Positions 38,688 through 53,633 are shown, counted from the stretch's first letter. The stretch is 64,000 nt of DNA from Eledone cirrhosa (GCA_964016885.1 OZ024761.1:5456001-5520000), one strand, 5' to 3'. The notes: a model not told the origin generated them from the sequence alone. Numbers and translations: made by a program.

Positions 38688-39936
38688 TATCACTATTACT
38701 ATGTCTCTCTTTTCCTTTGTCTCTTAATCCCCCCTCTCTCTCTCATTATCACTATCTCCTCCTCTCTCACACTCTCTCTGCCCCCCCTCTCCCACTCACT
38801 ATCTCCTCCTCTCTCTCCCTCTCTATTACTATCACACTATCACTCTCTCTCTCTCACTATCACTATAACAATCTCCCTCCCTTTCTGTTACCCCCCCTCA
38901 CTATTCTCATTATCACTCTTATTATCCCTCCCTCCCACCTTCTCATATTTACCAGTATTTCCCCACCTATTGTCCCCTCCCCCCTTGTGTGACACCGGGG
39001 ACCAGTGGTGTGGCACAGTCACTGACTCAGGGGTGATGTGTGTGGGGGCAGGAGTAACAATATTAATAATGCCGATGGTGGTGGTGATGCTGGTGTGGTG
39101 TGTTGTGGTGTGGTGTGGTGTTGGTGTTGGTGTGGTGTTGGTGTTGGTGTGGTCTGATGGTGGTGGTGTTGGTGGTGATGGTGATGTGGTGTGGTGTTGG
39201 TGTGGTGTGGGTGTGGTGGTGATGGTGGTGATGTGGTGTTGGTGTGGTGTGGTGATGTGGTATGGTGGTGGTGTTGGTGTGGTGTGGTGGTGTGGTGCTG
39301 ATGTGGTGGTGGTGTTGGTGGTGATGTGGTGTGGTGTGGTAGTAGTGGTGGAGTGGTGGTGGTGTGGTGGTGGTGGTGTGGTGGTAGTGGTGGTGTGGTA
39401 GTGGTGGTGTGGTGAGGGTGGTAGTAGTGGTGGTGGTGTGGTGGTAGTGGTGTGGTGGTGGTGGTGGTGTGGTGGTGTGGTGATGCTGGTAGTCTGGTGG
39501 TGGTTTGGTGGTATGGTGGCAGATTAAAGACCATGACGGCGGTGGTGGTGTGGTGGCAGGGTAAAGACCAATCCTTATATGGTCATTTATAGACAGAAAA
39601 AAAAAACTAGTGACACATCAAAGTCACGTGACATTAAGCAGGTCTACTGTTGTTGTTGTTGTTGTGGCATTCAGGATATCTTTACTGTCATAATTTTCTT
39701 ATATAGGCACAAGGCCAGCAATTTGGCGGAGGAGAAAGTTGATTAGGTTGTCTCAGTGTATTACTGGTACTTTATTTTATCGACCCAATAAGGATGAAAG
39801 GCAAAGTTAACCTCGGCGGGATTTGAACTCAGAATGGCAAGGGACGTAACTCTTCACTATCATAACAATGGTTTTTGATTTAGGCACAAGGCCAACAGTA
39901 TATATACAAACATATATATGTATATATATATATATA

Positions 39937-40003
<67 letters not shown>

Positions 40004-40103
40004 GTAGATATATGTATATATATGTAGATATATGTATATATATATATATATATATGTATATGTACATATATCTACATATAAATGTATATATATATATGTG
40101 TAC

Positions 40104-40160
<57 letters not shown>

Positions 40161-40234
40161 TATGTATATACATTTATATGTAGATATATGTACATATACA
40201 TATATATATATACATATATCTACATATATATATG

Positions 40235-40300
<66 letters not shown>

Positions 40301-40518
40301 TGTAGATATATGTATATATATATATGTATATGTATATGAATGTATATATATTGTTATACTTGGGGAGGGTCATATTGTTAAGGGTGAAAGCAGCGATTCT
40401 TTGCTTAAACTTTAATCTGTTATTTTAATAAATATTTGCTCTACGGTTCTTATATATTTGATATATATTTATCCTTATCGAGCACTCTTTGGATTTTAGT
40501 CTTCAAATTTATTATTAT

Positions 40519-40755
<237 letters not shown>

Positions 40756-41301
40756 GGAAAAATTTGAACAGGAACAAAACAGAGAGGCAGTACAACGAAT
40801 GTTTATTAATTTCACGCTCTGGAGAGTGGGGTGGTGGTGGGGAACTACGTTTCAGGCATAAGCCCTTCCTCGGGTGAGAAGTGTGTGGGAACAGAGTTCA
40901 AAGGGTGTGTAGGGGAGTGGTGGAGAGACATATATATATATATATTTAAAGGTTAAACAAGGTTCAATGAATAAATTAATGAGTAAAGTTTTACAATAAA
41001 TTAAATTATTATTTAATTCCCCTAACAGTTATGTAGGTTTATATTATATTAGTAGTTGTTTATTATTATGTATCTTTATAAATAAAGTACCAGTTATGTA
41101 CTGGGTTATTGATGGCCTTGTGCCTAAAGTAGAAGCAATTATGTATCTTTATAAGCTTTCTCACACGCACCCTCTGTATTATATGTAATGTTTTCATGTC
41201 TCAATCTTAAGGTATATAAATATTGAGTTTTGTCCTATCTTATTCACTGCGATGACTGAATATTAACCATCTACTTAGTCAAGGTATGTCAAGCATCGTC
41301 T

Positions 41302-41368
41302 TATTTTATCTGATGAGGACGTACTTTTGAAGTTAGCTCAGTACCTCTGAAATATGTATAATAAAATA
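41302..41368 (+). ncRNA. Minimal type I hammerhead motif (family H1)
   Basis: TATTTTAT-CTGATGA-GGACGTACT..AGTACCTCT-GAAA-T(ATGT)A-TA-ATAAAATA; perfect 8-bp stem I. Confidence 0.78.
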
Positions 41369-41445
41369 TACTTGATCACACGAATGTCTATATTTGTTAA
41401 TATTTTGAATTAATATATATATATATATATAATATATATATATAT

Positions 41446-41505
<60 letters not shown>

Positions 41506-41507
41506 TG

Positions 41508-41543
<36 letters not shown>

Positions 41544-41635
41544 TGTATATATATACACATATATGTATATATATATATACATATATGTATATATATATAC
41601 AGATATATATTTACATATATATTCATATATATATT

Positions 41636-41673
<38 letters not shown>

Positions 41674-42849
41674 TATATTTACATATATATATATATATAT
41701 ATTTACATATATATACATATATATATTTACACATATATATATATATACATATATATATTTACATATATATATATATATATTTACATATATATATATATAT
41801 ATACATATATATATTTACATATATATACATATATATATTTACACATATATATATGTATATATATGCGTGTGCGTGAGTCAATAAGAACGATTGGCCACAA
41901 TGGAACAAATAGATCAACAATAACAATATTGCTGCTGCTGCTGCTGCTGGTGATGATGGTGATGGTGGTGATGGTGGTGGTGGTGATGGTGATGGTGGTG
42001 ATGGTGGTGATGGTGATGGTGATGGTGATGGTGGTGATGATGGTGGTGGTGGTGGTGATGGTGGTGATGGTGGTGATGGTGATGGTGGTGGTGGTGGTGG
42101 TGATGGTGGTGATGGTGGTGATGGTGATGGTGATGGTGGTGATGGTGGTGATGGTGATGATATCCGGCATCGGTAAAACTTTAATTGTCTGTATTGCTTT
42201 CCTGATTGTCGTCTGGTTTGTACCGGACAGTGGTGGTGGTGGTGTGTTGGTGGTGGTGTTGGTAGTGGTGGTAGTGTGTTGGTGGTGGTGGTGTGGTGGT
42301 TGTGGTGGTGTGTTGGTGGTGTTGGTGTGGTGGTGGTGGTGATGATGATGATGATGATGGTGGTTGGTGTGGTGGTTGTGTGTTGGTGTGGTGGTTGTGT
42401 GTTAGTGGTGGTTGTGTTGGTGTTGGAGGTGTTGGTGGTGGTTGTGGTGGTGTGTTGGTGGTGGTGGTGGTGGTGTTGGTCGTGGTTGTGGTGGTGTGTT
42501 GGTGGTGGTGTTGGTGTGCTGGTGGTGGTGGTGGTGGTGGAGTGGTGGTGGTGGTGGAGTGGTGATGGTGTGGTGGTGTTGGTGGTGGTGGTGGAGTGGT
42601 GATGGTGTGGTGGTGGTGGTGGAGTGGTGGTGTTGGTGGTGGAGGTGGTGGAGGTGGTGGTTGTGATGGTGGTAGTGTCGGTGGTGGAGTGGTGGTGGTG
42701 TGGTGATGGTGTGGTGGTGTTGGTGGTAGTGTTGGTGGTGGTGGTGGTGGAGTGGTGGTGGTGGAGGTGTTGGTGGGAATCTATCATGAAATCCAGTAGT
42801 GGGGTGGTAGTTTATTCTCTGGCACCTCCTCCCCGCCCCGATCCAGCGA

Positions 42850-43375
42850 TTGATGAAAGACAAAGTTGACCTCGGCGGGATTTGAACTCAGAGGGCCGCA
42901 ACACCCTGTCGTGTATTTCATCCGACGCTCTACCGATTCTGCCAATTAAATGGTCCTTTATTTGATAATTGTTTCTACTTTTTGCACAAGGCCAGCAATT
43001 ATACCAGTGTATTACTGGTACTTGATTTTATCGATCACGTTAGGATGAAAGGCAAAGTTAACCTCGGTGGGATTTGAACGCACAACGTAAAAGGCCATAA
43101 CTCTATACTGCAAAGCATGGCGTCTGATGCTCTACCGATTCTGCCAATCCACCACCCTTGGTTTCTGATTTAGGCACAAGGCCAGCAATTTTGAGGGAGG
43201 GGGAAAGTCGATTAAATCGACCCCAGTGCAGTACTGGTACTTGATTTTATCGACCACGTAAGGATGAAAGGCAAAGTTAAGCTGGGCGGGATTTGAACTC
43301 AGCACGCAAAGGGCCGTAACTCTATGCTGCAAAGCATGGTGTCTGACGCTCTACCGACACTGGCAAATCGACCAA
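42850..43375 (-). mobile_element. Cluster of three SINE copies
   Basis: Three GATGAAAG(G/A)CAAAGTT..GGGATTTGAAC..CTCTACCGA units. Confidence 0.8.
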
Positions 43376-43436
43376 TATGAATAAAAAATAAGACATCCGT
43401 GACGTGGGGGGAGGGATAGGGTTTTTGGATGAAACT

Positions 43437-43487
<51 letters not shown>

Positions 43488-43599
43488 GTTCGCTCGCCAT
43501 TTCACCCCCACCACTGGACCACCCCTACCACCCCTAACCCTTTACTGTCATCGAAAACTAATACTTCAATCTAGTCAGTGTTTACAGATCTGGGTTAGG

Positions 43600-44632
43600 A
43601 ACATCAACATCATCACCATCACCATCACCAACATCATCACTACCATCACCATCACCAACATCATCACTACCATCACCATCACCAACATCATCACTACCAT
43701 CACCATCACCAACATCATCACTACCATCACCATCATCAACATCATCACCATCACCATCACCAACATCATCACTACCATCACCATCACCAACATCATCACT
43801 ACCATCACCATCACCAACATCATCACTACCATCACCATCATCAACATCATCACCATCACCATCACCAACATCATCACTACCATCACCATCACCAACATCA
43901 TCACTACCATCACCATCACCAACATCATCACCATCACCATCACCATCACCAACATCATCACTACCATCACCATCATCAACATTATCACTACCATCACCAT
44001 CACCACCATCATCACTACCATCACCATCATCAACATCATCACTACCATCACCATCATCAACATCATCACCATCACCATCACCAACATCATCACTACCATC
44101 ACCATCACCAACATCATCACTACCATCACCATCACCAACATCATCACCATCACCATCACCAACATCATCACTACCATCACCATCACCAACATCATCACCA
44201 TCACCATCACCAACATCATCACTACCATCACCATCATCAACATTATCACTACCATCACCATCACCAACATCATCACTACCATCACCATCATCAACATCAT
44301 CACTACCATCACCATCATCAACATCATCACTACCATCACCATCACCAACATCATCACTACCATCACCATCATCAACATCATCACTACCATCACCATCACT
44401 ACCATCACCATCATCAACATCATCACTACCATCACCATCATCAACATTATCACTACCATCACCATCACCAACATCATCACTACCATCACCATCACCAACA
44501 TTATCACTACCATCACCATCATCAACATTATCACTACCATCACCATCATCAACATCATCACTACCATCACCATCATCAACATCATCACTACCATCACCAT
44601 CATCAACATTATCACTACCATCACCATCATCA
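43600..44632. repeat. (ATC/ACC)n-derived ~27-bp minisatellite
   Basis: ACCATCACCATCACCAACATCATCACT units. Confidence 0.9.
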
Positions 44633-45560
44633 CAAGAAAATGAACTGGGCCAACCACCCACGCTATTTGAAACTAGAATACCACAGAACAGACTGGTCCT
44701 TATTCAATCCCCTCACCACACCACAACCATCATCACCACCACCACCACCACTACCACACCACACCACCACCACCACACAAGACGTCTGTGCCCTCCCCCT
44801 CCCCATACACATCGCTAACTCAACCGTCCATTTATGAAGACACGAAGAATGACTGACATTGACATGGCAACACCACCACCACCACTACCAATACCACTAC
44901 CACCAGCACCACTACCACCACTACCACCACCACCACTACCACTACTACCACCACCACCACCAGCAACACTACACCACCACCAGCAACACTACACCACCAC
45001 TACCACCACCACCACCAGCAACACTACACCACCACCACTACCACCACCACCGCCGCCACCACTACAAACAACACAGCTTCTGTTATGATGTACGACCTGG
45101 AGGAATTCTTATCAGTAACCATTAGATGTACTATCACACACACACACACACACACAACATCACACACAGAAACACACACACACAACATCACATACAGAAA
45201 CACACACACACAACATCACATACAGAAACACACATAGACACACACAACATCACATACACACACACACAACATCACATACACAAACACACATAGACACAGA
45301 CACACACAACATCACACCCACTCAGCCACAGCACACACAACACAAATCACACAACACACACATATACACATACACACATACATACACATACAACACACAC
45401 ACTCAACATCACACAACACACACACTATACACACACTCTCTCTCTATATATACTGCTATTTCAAGCGTTAAACTAATATATTCCTTTCATATACTCTACC
45501 GATTGTGTGTGTTTACCTTCTGTTTACCTTTTACAAACACACACACACACACACAAACAG

Positions 45561-45611
<51 letters not shown>

Positions 45612-45625
45612 CACATATATATATA

Positions 45626-46140
45626 CTAGCTGAGGTACCCGGTAATACCCGGGAGCGGGGATATTTCCAGTTCCCATTAACATATCCAATGCCTCTCAGA
45701 CCAAAAATGAAATCAAAATATAGGACAGATAATGAAAAGCGAAGAGAAATTCATTTACGAAACAATAATACAAATAAATATTGTTGATTGCATTGGTCAG
45801 GTGAAACAATGTTTGTCAGAGAAGTTGAGTGTTGCTATAAGGAGAAACATAGAACCCCCATTAGGGTGTCTTAATGTAATTAAAATTTGCTGAAAGTTTA
45901 TGACTAGGCATCATATCTTGTCATTTAACTATGGCTTAAATTTCATATAAATCGAAGGGAAAAAATGTTCAGCGTGGGTTTGAGGCCCCGGGGAACCCTT
46001 TAATTAAAATAAAATATACGTAAGAAATCAAATGGGCATGAGCCCCACACAGGTGTGACGTTTCATCAAGACCGGTTTGGTAGTTTTTGAGTTTTAGGTT
46101 CAGAAACAAACAGACAGAAATTGCCATTTATGTATGTAGA
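45626..46140 (-). mobile_element. Non-autonomous Helitron (family B), full length
   Basis: Minus strand A|TCTACATACATAAATGGC ... CCCGGGTATTACCGGG hairpin, then CTAG|T. Confidence 0.85.
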
Positions 46141-46186
46141 TATACAAATATACATGCATACAGATACACACACACACACACGCACA

Positions 46187-46261
<75 letters not shown>

Positions 46262-46431
46262 GCGCGCTTCATACACTGATTGATCTAGTGTGTTGAATCA
46301 ATGTAATATTTGTTATTAATAGTGAATGTTTATTTGGAGGTTTTGCGGAAGTAAATAACTTATCAAAACAGTTGTGGTGAATGGCTTAACTAGCGCCAAA
46401 CCAGCGAGTAAACATTCACTTTAATACCATC

Positions 46432-46522
<91 letters not shown>

Positions 46523-46650
46523 AAAGTTTTATTTAAAATTGTTGGGATACAACAAGTAAATATTTTATAACTGATATAAAGCACTCGACAAGTTTTTGGA
46601 GTAGATATACGATATTAAATAAATGGAAACTATATTTATAAAACCATATT

Positions 46651-46715
46651 TATTTCATTATACATATTTCAGGGATACCAAATTAAAATACGGCATGCCT
46701 TCGTCAGATAAAATA
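46651..46715 (-). ncRNA. Minimal type I hammerhead motif (family H1)
   Basis: TATTTTAT-CTGACGA-AGGCATGCCG..TGGTATCCCT-GAAA-TATGTA-TA-ATGAAATA. Confidence 0.75.
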
Positions 46716-46940
46716 CAATATATAAACAGTTTTATAAATAATTTTGACGTACCCTATTATAAGCGACCATTATTTTTGGAAGCTTATATATATATATATA
46801 AGCAAAGGTATATTTAATTTGTTGGTAATTCAACACACATACATATATATTTATAACAGATTCGAAGCACTCGACAAGTTTTCTGGAGTATAATATCAAT
46901 GATATTAAATAAATGGAAACTATCTTTATAAAACCATATT

Positions 46941-47001
46941 TATTCTATTATATATATTTCAAGGGTACCACAACTTTGGTACGTTCTCATCAGATAAAAT
47001 A
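46941..47001 (-). ncRNA. Minimal type I hammerhead motif (family H1)
   Basis: TATTTTAT-CTGATGA-GAACGTACCA..TGGTACCCTT-GAAA-TATATA-TA-ATAGAATA. Confidence 0.72.
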
Positions 47002-47326
47002 TAAAGTTTGTTTTATAAATATTGACATATCCAGGAATGAGACCTTAACGGTTTAAGTTTCACCTGGATATATAGTTATATATATAGTTACGTAATAAAC
47101 AACAGTCAATTTCCTAAAACTGTAGAGTGCTCAACTTATCGGGCTGGAAGATGCCAATCACATATGAGATATAGAATATGCTTCGATCATTCCCGGTGGG
47201 AGGTGTATAAATGAAGTATTTCCGTAGGAAAGGTAAAGGAAAAGAGAGTGCTCTATGTAGGCTACAGAGCTTTAGGAAATTCCTTTACCTTTCCTACGGA
47301 AATACTTCAAATATATATATATATAT

Positions 47327-47666
47327 GGAGGCACATGGCTTAGTGGTTAGAGCATTGGCCTTGCAATCGAAAGGTTGTGAGTTCAATTCTCAGACCGGGT
47401 GATGTGTTGTTTCCTTGAGCAAGACACTTTATTTCACATTGCTCCAGTTTACTCAGCTGTAGAAATGAGATGATAGGGACTGGGGTCCCTATCATTCCAC
47501 TGCAAAGTGGTCGTGGAGGTGCCACGGCAAAAAGCACCCAGCACTCACTGTAAATGAGGTTGGTGTTAGGAAGGGCATCCAGCTGTAGAAATCAAACCAG
47601 AATCAGTTCCCGTCCCACCCTTGCAAGCAGGGAAAAGTGGACGTAAAATGAAATGATGATGATGAT
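47327..47666 (+). mobile_element. Young tRNA-derived SINE with CORE-like domain and RTE-type (GAT)n tail
   Basis: A box TGGCTTAGTGG, B box GAGTTCAATTCT, CCTTGAGCAAGACACTT, tail GGTGTTAGGAAGGGCATCCAGCTGTAGAAA..(GAT)n; near-identical copy at 49185-49524. Confidence 0.88.
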
Positions 47667-47873
47667 ATATATATATATACAAATGGAAGTTTAGTAAAAT
47701 CGAAATTTCGGCGGTGGCCAAGCTAACGAGATACAATTAGGTTTGTGCAGCAAAGCACTCAATAGGGTGTATCACCCTAGAGTAAGTAACATACGTTAGA
47801 TAGCGTGACAAATTGAAAACTGCGGCAGGGGCGCCTAGCCACATAATACACCAAAAACAACGAAAATACAATC

Positions 47874-47951
<78 letters not shown>

Positions 47952-48067
47952 GAGAATCCGAATATGGTGAAACAAATGTTCTCGGTATGTTATGGAACTA
48001 CTTCTACTAAACTCGTCCCATGGACTGAGTGCTCTACTACTACGAATATAACCCCCCAGTGTTCTAC

Positions 48068-48103
<36 letters not shown>

Positions 48104-48211
48104 AGATCAAAAGATGGTTAAACGAGTTCCAAGTGAAGTTTTAAATCAACATATGTTGATTTAAAACTTCACTATTCACAAGTGTTTTTTAACCTTCATA
48201 TCATGTATCTC

Positions 48212-48282
48212 TATTTTATCTGATGAAAACGCAGATGTCATCTCATGATGATATTTGTTTTTGAAATGCGCATAATAAAATA
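48212..48282 (+). ncRNA. Minimal type I hammerhead motif (family H1) with palindromic helix III
   Basis: TATTTTAT-CTGATGA-AAACGCAGATGTCATC(TCAT)GATGATATTTGTTTTT-GAAA-TGCGCA-TA-ATAAAATA. Confidence 0.82.
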
Positions 48283-48403
48283 CTTGGAACTCTTTTAACC
48301 ATCTTTTGATCTTATATTATTTATACTCCAGTCCTACAAACTGTAGAGTGCTACTTATCCGATATTTGCATTGCTCTATTGTACTACAATAAAACTCACC
48401 TCC

Positions 48404-48472
<69 letters not shown>

Positions 48473-48547
48473 CGGAGGAAATGTGGTAAGGAACCAGGTG
48501 GACGATAACGCACCAAAGTACTCAATACTTAGGGTAGTAGAGTGGGT

Positions 48548-48658
48548 AATAGGAACGAGTAGGACCCCGACGGCTGAGCTCAAGCCGTTTCGGTCCAGAA
48601 TTAGCCCAGAATTAGCCGTCGAAACGGCTTGAGCTCAGCCGTCGGGGTCCTACTCGTT

Positions 48659-48664
<6 letters not shown>
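48548..48664. repeat. Fold-back of the H5 hammerhead 3' half
   Basis: ATAGGAACGAGTAGGACCCCGACGGCTGAGCTCAAGCCGTTTCG and its exact reverse complement. Confidence 0.85.
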
Positions 48665-48708
<44 letters not shown>

Positions 48709-48818
48709 AGAGTTTTAAAGTTTGCTTGAAGCATTGTGGAATATCAAAAATATTATAAATGTTTTGGAAGCGTCAACAATGCAGATGGGCAAATCTCCGT
48801 GTAATAGAATGGGGTGGT

Positions 48819-48881
<63 letters not shown>

Positions 48882-49184
48882 TAAGAGGGAGTGTAGAAAG
48901 AGACGTAGGAAAAGTGCAAAAAATAATAATACGAGATAGAGTTACCTTATATGTAGGTATATATGTATGTATGTATATGTATGAATATATAGGTATGTAT
49001 ATATGTATGTATATGTATGTATATGTATATATATATATATATGTCTGTGTGTGCGTAGAAACAATTGCAAGAGTGAAAGGGAAAACAGTAAGAGAGGAAG
49101 AACAACGAGCTACATCAGTTCCACACTCATCAGCCGCCAAACTGGAATGGGACTGTGGGATTTCGAATTATATATATATAAACA

Positions 49185-49524
49185 GGAGGCACATGGCTTA
49201 GTGGGTAGAGCATTGGCCTTGCAATCGAAAGGTTGTGAGTTCAATTCTCAGACCAGGTGATGTGTTATTTCCTTGAGCAAGACACTTTATTTCACATTGC
49301 TCCAGTTTACTCAGCTGTAGAAATGAGATGATAGGGACTGGGGTCCCTATCATTCCACTGCAAAGTGGTCGTGGAGGTGCCACGGCAAAAAAGCACCCAG
49401 CACTCACTGTAAATGAGGTTGATGTTAGGAAGGGCATCCAGCTGTAGAAATCAAGCCAGAATCAGTTCCTGTCCCACCCTTGCAAGCAGGGAAAAGCGGA
49501 CGTAAAATGAAATGATGATGATGA
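49185..49524 (+). mobile_element. Young tRNA-derived SINE, second copy
   Basis: Near-identical to 47327-47666. Confidence 0.88.
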
Positions 49525-49570
49525 AACAATGAGTGATATGGTTTGTTGATTATTATTCAAGAGTTAATTT

Positions 49571-49646
<76 letters not shown>

Positions 49647-49819
49647 AGCATGGAAAATAGATGTTAAACAGTGATGTTGATGATGGCACACTGACACACA
49701 CACACTCACACATATACACACACATGCGTTGTTTAAAAGTGGACAAGAGGTAAACAGTATAATAATATTTATTCAGTCGAAGTTGTTTGTCGTTACTTCA
49801 AGTAGTATTGGTCAGTTTG

Positions 49820-50632
49820 GCAGCCATATTGTATTGGTAAATATAATAGCCATATTGTATTGGTAAATATAATAGCCATATTGTATTGGTAAATATAGTA
49901 GCCATATTGTATTGGTAAGTATAGTTGCCATATTGTATTGGTAAATATAGTTGCCATGTTGTGCAACCGGTGTGTACTGTCGTGGTGGTGGTGTTGCAAC
50001 CGGTGTGTACTGTCGTGGTGGTGGTGCAACCGGTGTGTACTGTGGTGGTGGTGGTGTAACCGGTGTCTACTGTCGTGATGGTGGTGGTGCAACCGGTGTG
50101 TACTGTGGTGGTGGTGGTGGTGGTGTAACCGGTGTCTACTGTCGTGATGGTGGTGGTGGTGTAACCGGTGTGTACTGTGGTGGTGGTGGTGGTGGTGTAA
50201 CCGGTGTCTACTGTCGTGATGGTGGTGGTGCAACCGGTGTGTACTGTGGTGGTGGTGGTGGTGTAACCGGTGTCTACTGTCGTGGTGGTGATGGTGGGGG
50301 TGCAACCGGTGTGCACTGTCGTGAGGGTGGGGTGCAACCGGTGTGTACTGTCGTGGTGGTGTAACCGGTGTGTACTGTCGTGGTGGTGATGGTGGGGGTG
50401 CAACCGGTGTGCACTGTCGTGATGGTGGGGGTGCAACCGGTGTGTACTGTCGTGATGGTGGCGGTGCAACCGGTGTGTACTGTCGTGATGGTGGGGGTGC
50501 AACCGGTGTGTACAGTCGTGGTGGGGGTGCAACCGGTGTGCACTGTCGTGATGGTGGGGGTGCAACCGGTGTGCACTGAAGTGATGGTGGGGGTGCAACC
50601 GGTGTGTACTGTCGTGGTGGTGATGGTGGTGC
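49820..50632. repeat. Adjacent minisatellites (~26-bp GCCATATTGTATTGGTAAATAT type, then ~30-39-bp GCAACCGGTGTGTACTGTCGT(GGT)n type)
   Basis: Direct inspection of tandem units. Confidence 0.9.
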
Positions 50633-51339
50633 AACGTGGCAGCAGTGAAATAACAGGATGCCATTTGATCCGTTGAAATGGTGGCGGTGGTGGTGACGGT
50701 GGTAGTGGTGACTGTGGTGGTGGTGGCGGTGATGGTGGTAGATGAGATGGTGGTGACGGCGACTGCGGTGGTGGTGACGGTGATGGTGGTGGTGGCAGTA
50801 GTGGACGGGGCGTGGGGGAGAGGTTATTAAATAGGTGGAGGGGAGCAGCGAGAGGAAATTAAAGGAATTGAAATGAACGTTGATTAAGTGTAATCGACCT
50901 TTTCTTGAAAATCGATCTTGAGAACTTTCTGTGAACCTTATTGATTGGACTGTGATTGCTGCTGTTGTTGTGGTGGTGGTGGTGGTTGTGGCGGTGATGA
51001 TTGTTGTTGTTGTTGTGGCGGTGGTGGTGGTGGTTTTTGTTGTGGCAGTTGTTATTGCTGTTGTTGTCGTTATTGCTGTTGTTGTGGTTGTTGTTATTGC
51101 TGTTATGGCGGTTGTTGTTGTTGTTATTGCTGTTGTTATGGTAGTGATAGCTACTGCAATGATAGTTGTGGTGATGTTTGTTGGGTATTATGCGAAATAT
51201 TTAAATATTTATGTAAATAAAATTTGCATATATATATATATCTTCAATTCTTTGATAATGACCCCTTGACCAATCCGACATTTGACCTGCGCCAACTTTT
51301 GTCCCTCCTCAGCCTAAAACCCCTGGACCTACAACTTAA

Positions 51340-51851
51340 CCTTTTAATGTTCAAACCAGCCAAAACCGGCCAGAATTCTCTACCTCTTTCTGTTGAAACT
51401 GGCTGTAACTGGTCACTCACACTGATGTTAAGGTATTGTTCTCAAAATAAATACTTTCAAAATCTGATAAATTCGATATTTTGTGAGATAATTATGTGAG
51501 GTAAAGCCTTTACCATGAAAATACAATAGTATATATAGAGTAATGCGAATGGTATGTGAGATAATTATGTGAGGTAAAGCCTTTACCATGAAAATATAAT
51601 AGTATATATAGAGTAATGCGAATGGTATGTGAGATAATTATGTGAGGTAAAGCCTTTCCCATGAAAATATAATAGTATATATAGAGTAATGTGAATGGTA
51701 TGTGAGATAATTATGTGAGGTAAAGCCTTTACCATGAAAATATAATAGTATATATAGAGTAATGCGAATGGTATGTGAGATAATTATGTGAGGTAAAGCC
51801 TTTACCATGAAAATATAATAGTATATATAGAGTAATGTGAATGCTATAGGG
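51340..51851 (+). mobile_element. piggyBac-like MITE with an internal 73-bp tandem array (5 copies)
   Basis: TTAA on both sides; ends CCTTTTAATGTTCA / TGAATGCTATAGGG; homologous to 12008-12976. Confidence 0.75.
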
Positions 51852-53355
51852 TTAAATATTAATATAGTTTCATTTGAAATTAGACGACAAAAATAAATTT
51901 ACGATTCACCATAAAAGGAAATAACATTAAATAGAGAATGGGGTGGGCTATAAACCCCGACATCACTGCCTATGGGGGTAGCTGCGACCCACGGACAAAA
52001 TGGTGTATGCCGAGGGAAAGCAGCCAGCGATACCCGCTACATCAGCCACTCTTCCTCACGAGGCTTCATCCTCAGGCGGGATACACTCATGCGTCTACGT
52101 TGTCTCCCATATACTCTTTCATAGGATTTTATCCTTAAGCAAGAAACTCAACGTAGGTTTTGCAAGGAGACAATCCTGTGATATGTATGCTATGGCTAGC
52201 ATTTTACTCCAGCACTCATATATTGAGAAAATCTTTCACAAACATGCAAGCACACACACACGCACGCACACACGCACACACAGTGACATACTTTCAAACA
52301 GATACGCTCCCAAGGGCGTGTATTTGAAAATATGCCAGTAGGTGTGTGTACGCACTACATGCATTTACATGTGTGTGCGTGTGTCTGTGCGTGTGTGTGT
52401 GTCTAAAAGACATATACATACACATATGTACATTAGCATGAATGCACTCATTTATATACAGTCACACACACACACACCGACCTAGAAGGCGGAAGCAGGT
52501 AGCTTTATATTACCGGAAGCCGGTTCTTAAAACTTGTCTTGTAATACAAGAATTCCGGAAGCCGCCGAAACAGTTAAATGATGACAAACGTGACTTAAAC
52601 TTCGACTTGTTTCAATGCCGTTGTTACCTGCTCTCTCACTCACCCACCCGTCCCGACAACTTCCTCAACCCCCGTCACAACCACTGAATCTCTATTACAA
52701 CAGCAACACAAGCGCCACCTGCTGTCATTATGCCACAACACTTAATTACGCAGTATTCTCCCTTCCAGCCTCACTTCTACTCCTTTTAATCCACCTTATT
52801 CTGTTATGAGCCAACAGTAACCCGAGCTGTCAGTGTTTTACAATTGCCAGTCAAACATACACAGCTTCTGCGGTAAATTACGGTGATACCACAATCTACC
52901 ATCTTGGACAAAGTGTTATCATACCCTTGGGTCAACCTATGGCACACGTTCTATGCATTGTAAATAAAATTGGATGGAAACTGTTTGGAACCCCATCGAA
53001 TGGACTGTATCTATATTTTAAAAGGCCCAGCCTCAGTACAGTTGCTACCACCCTCAAAACTTGCACGTTAATTTCACGAGCTGATTGTTCCATTGACGAA
53101 ACAACTGGAACACTTGTCGTCGGAAAGGACGGCCTTCCAAACACGCTTAGTGTAACCCGTTACACATTTCTACAGCCAAATATTTTGCGAAAACAGAAAA
53201 CGCCCCACAAAACAGTCAAAATGGCTGCTTGTTTATATTATTACGTTAATTATTTCTGACCCCATGGATATATATGTATCGTTTATTTAGAAACAACCAC
53301 TAAATATTAAATATCAATATGATATTTTAAATGTTATATATATAAATGTTTATAT

Positions 53356-53415
<60 letters not shown>

Positions 53416-53493
53416 AAACGGGAATGACAACACAATCGGTACAGTATATGGAAGGAATGTATTAGGTTAACGCTTGATATAGCAGGAAGAGGG

Positions 53494-53529
53494 TCTTAAA
53501 GTTTCGGACGCTAGCCCTTCATCAGAAGA
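53494..53529 (-). ncRNA. Ultra-minimal hammerhead motif (family H4), palindrome mutated
   Basis: TCTT-CTGATGA-AGGGCTAGCGTCC-GAAACTTT-AAGA. Confidence 0.5.
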
Positions 53530-53633
53530 ATGAATGAGAAGTAAGAGATTGAAGGGACGGGTGGGTTGGAATTGGAAAAACATGTCTTTAGAGAAAAATA
53601 ACAGGTCCATTCATGTTGACATCTTTTGGAAAA

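Noticed and set aside
47327-47400. tRNA gene-like A/B boxes (also in other SINE heads)
   Set aside because: No complete cloverleaf; continues into SINE body and tail
48715-48830. LLHGDL resembling the MMP HGD motif on the minus strand
   Set aside because: Part of a dispersed repeat also present at about 10290-10350; no PFDG or LAHA context
49798-50664. 288 aa His-rich ORF with an ATG
   Set aside because: Entirely minisatellite-derived; no domain or splice support
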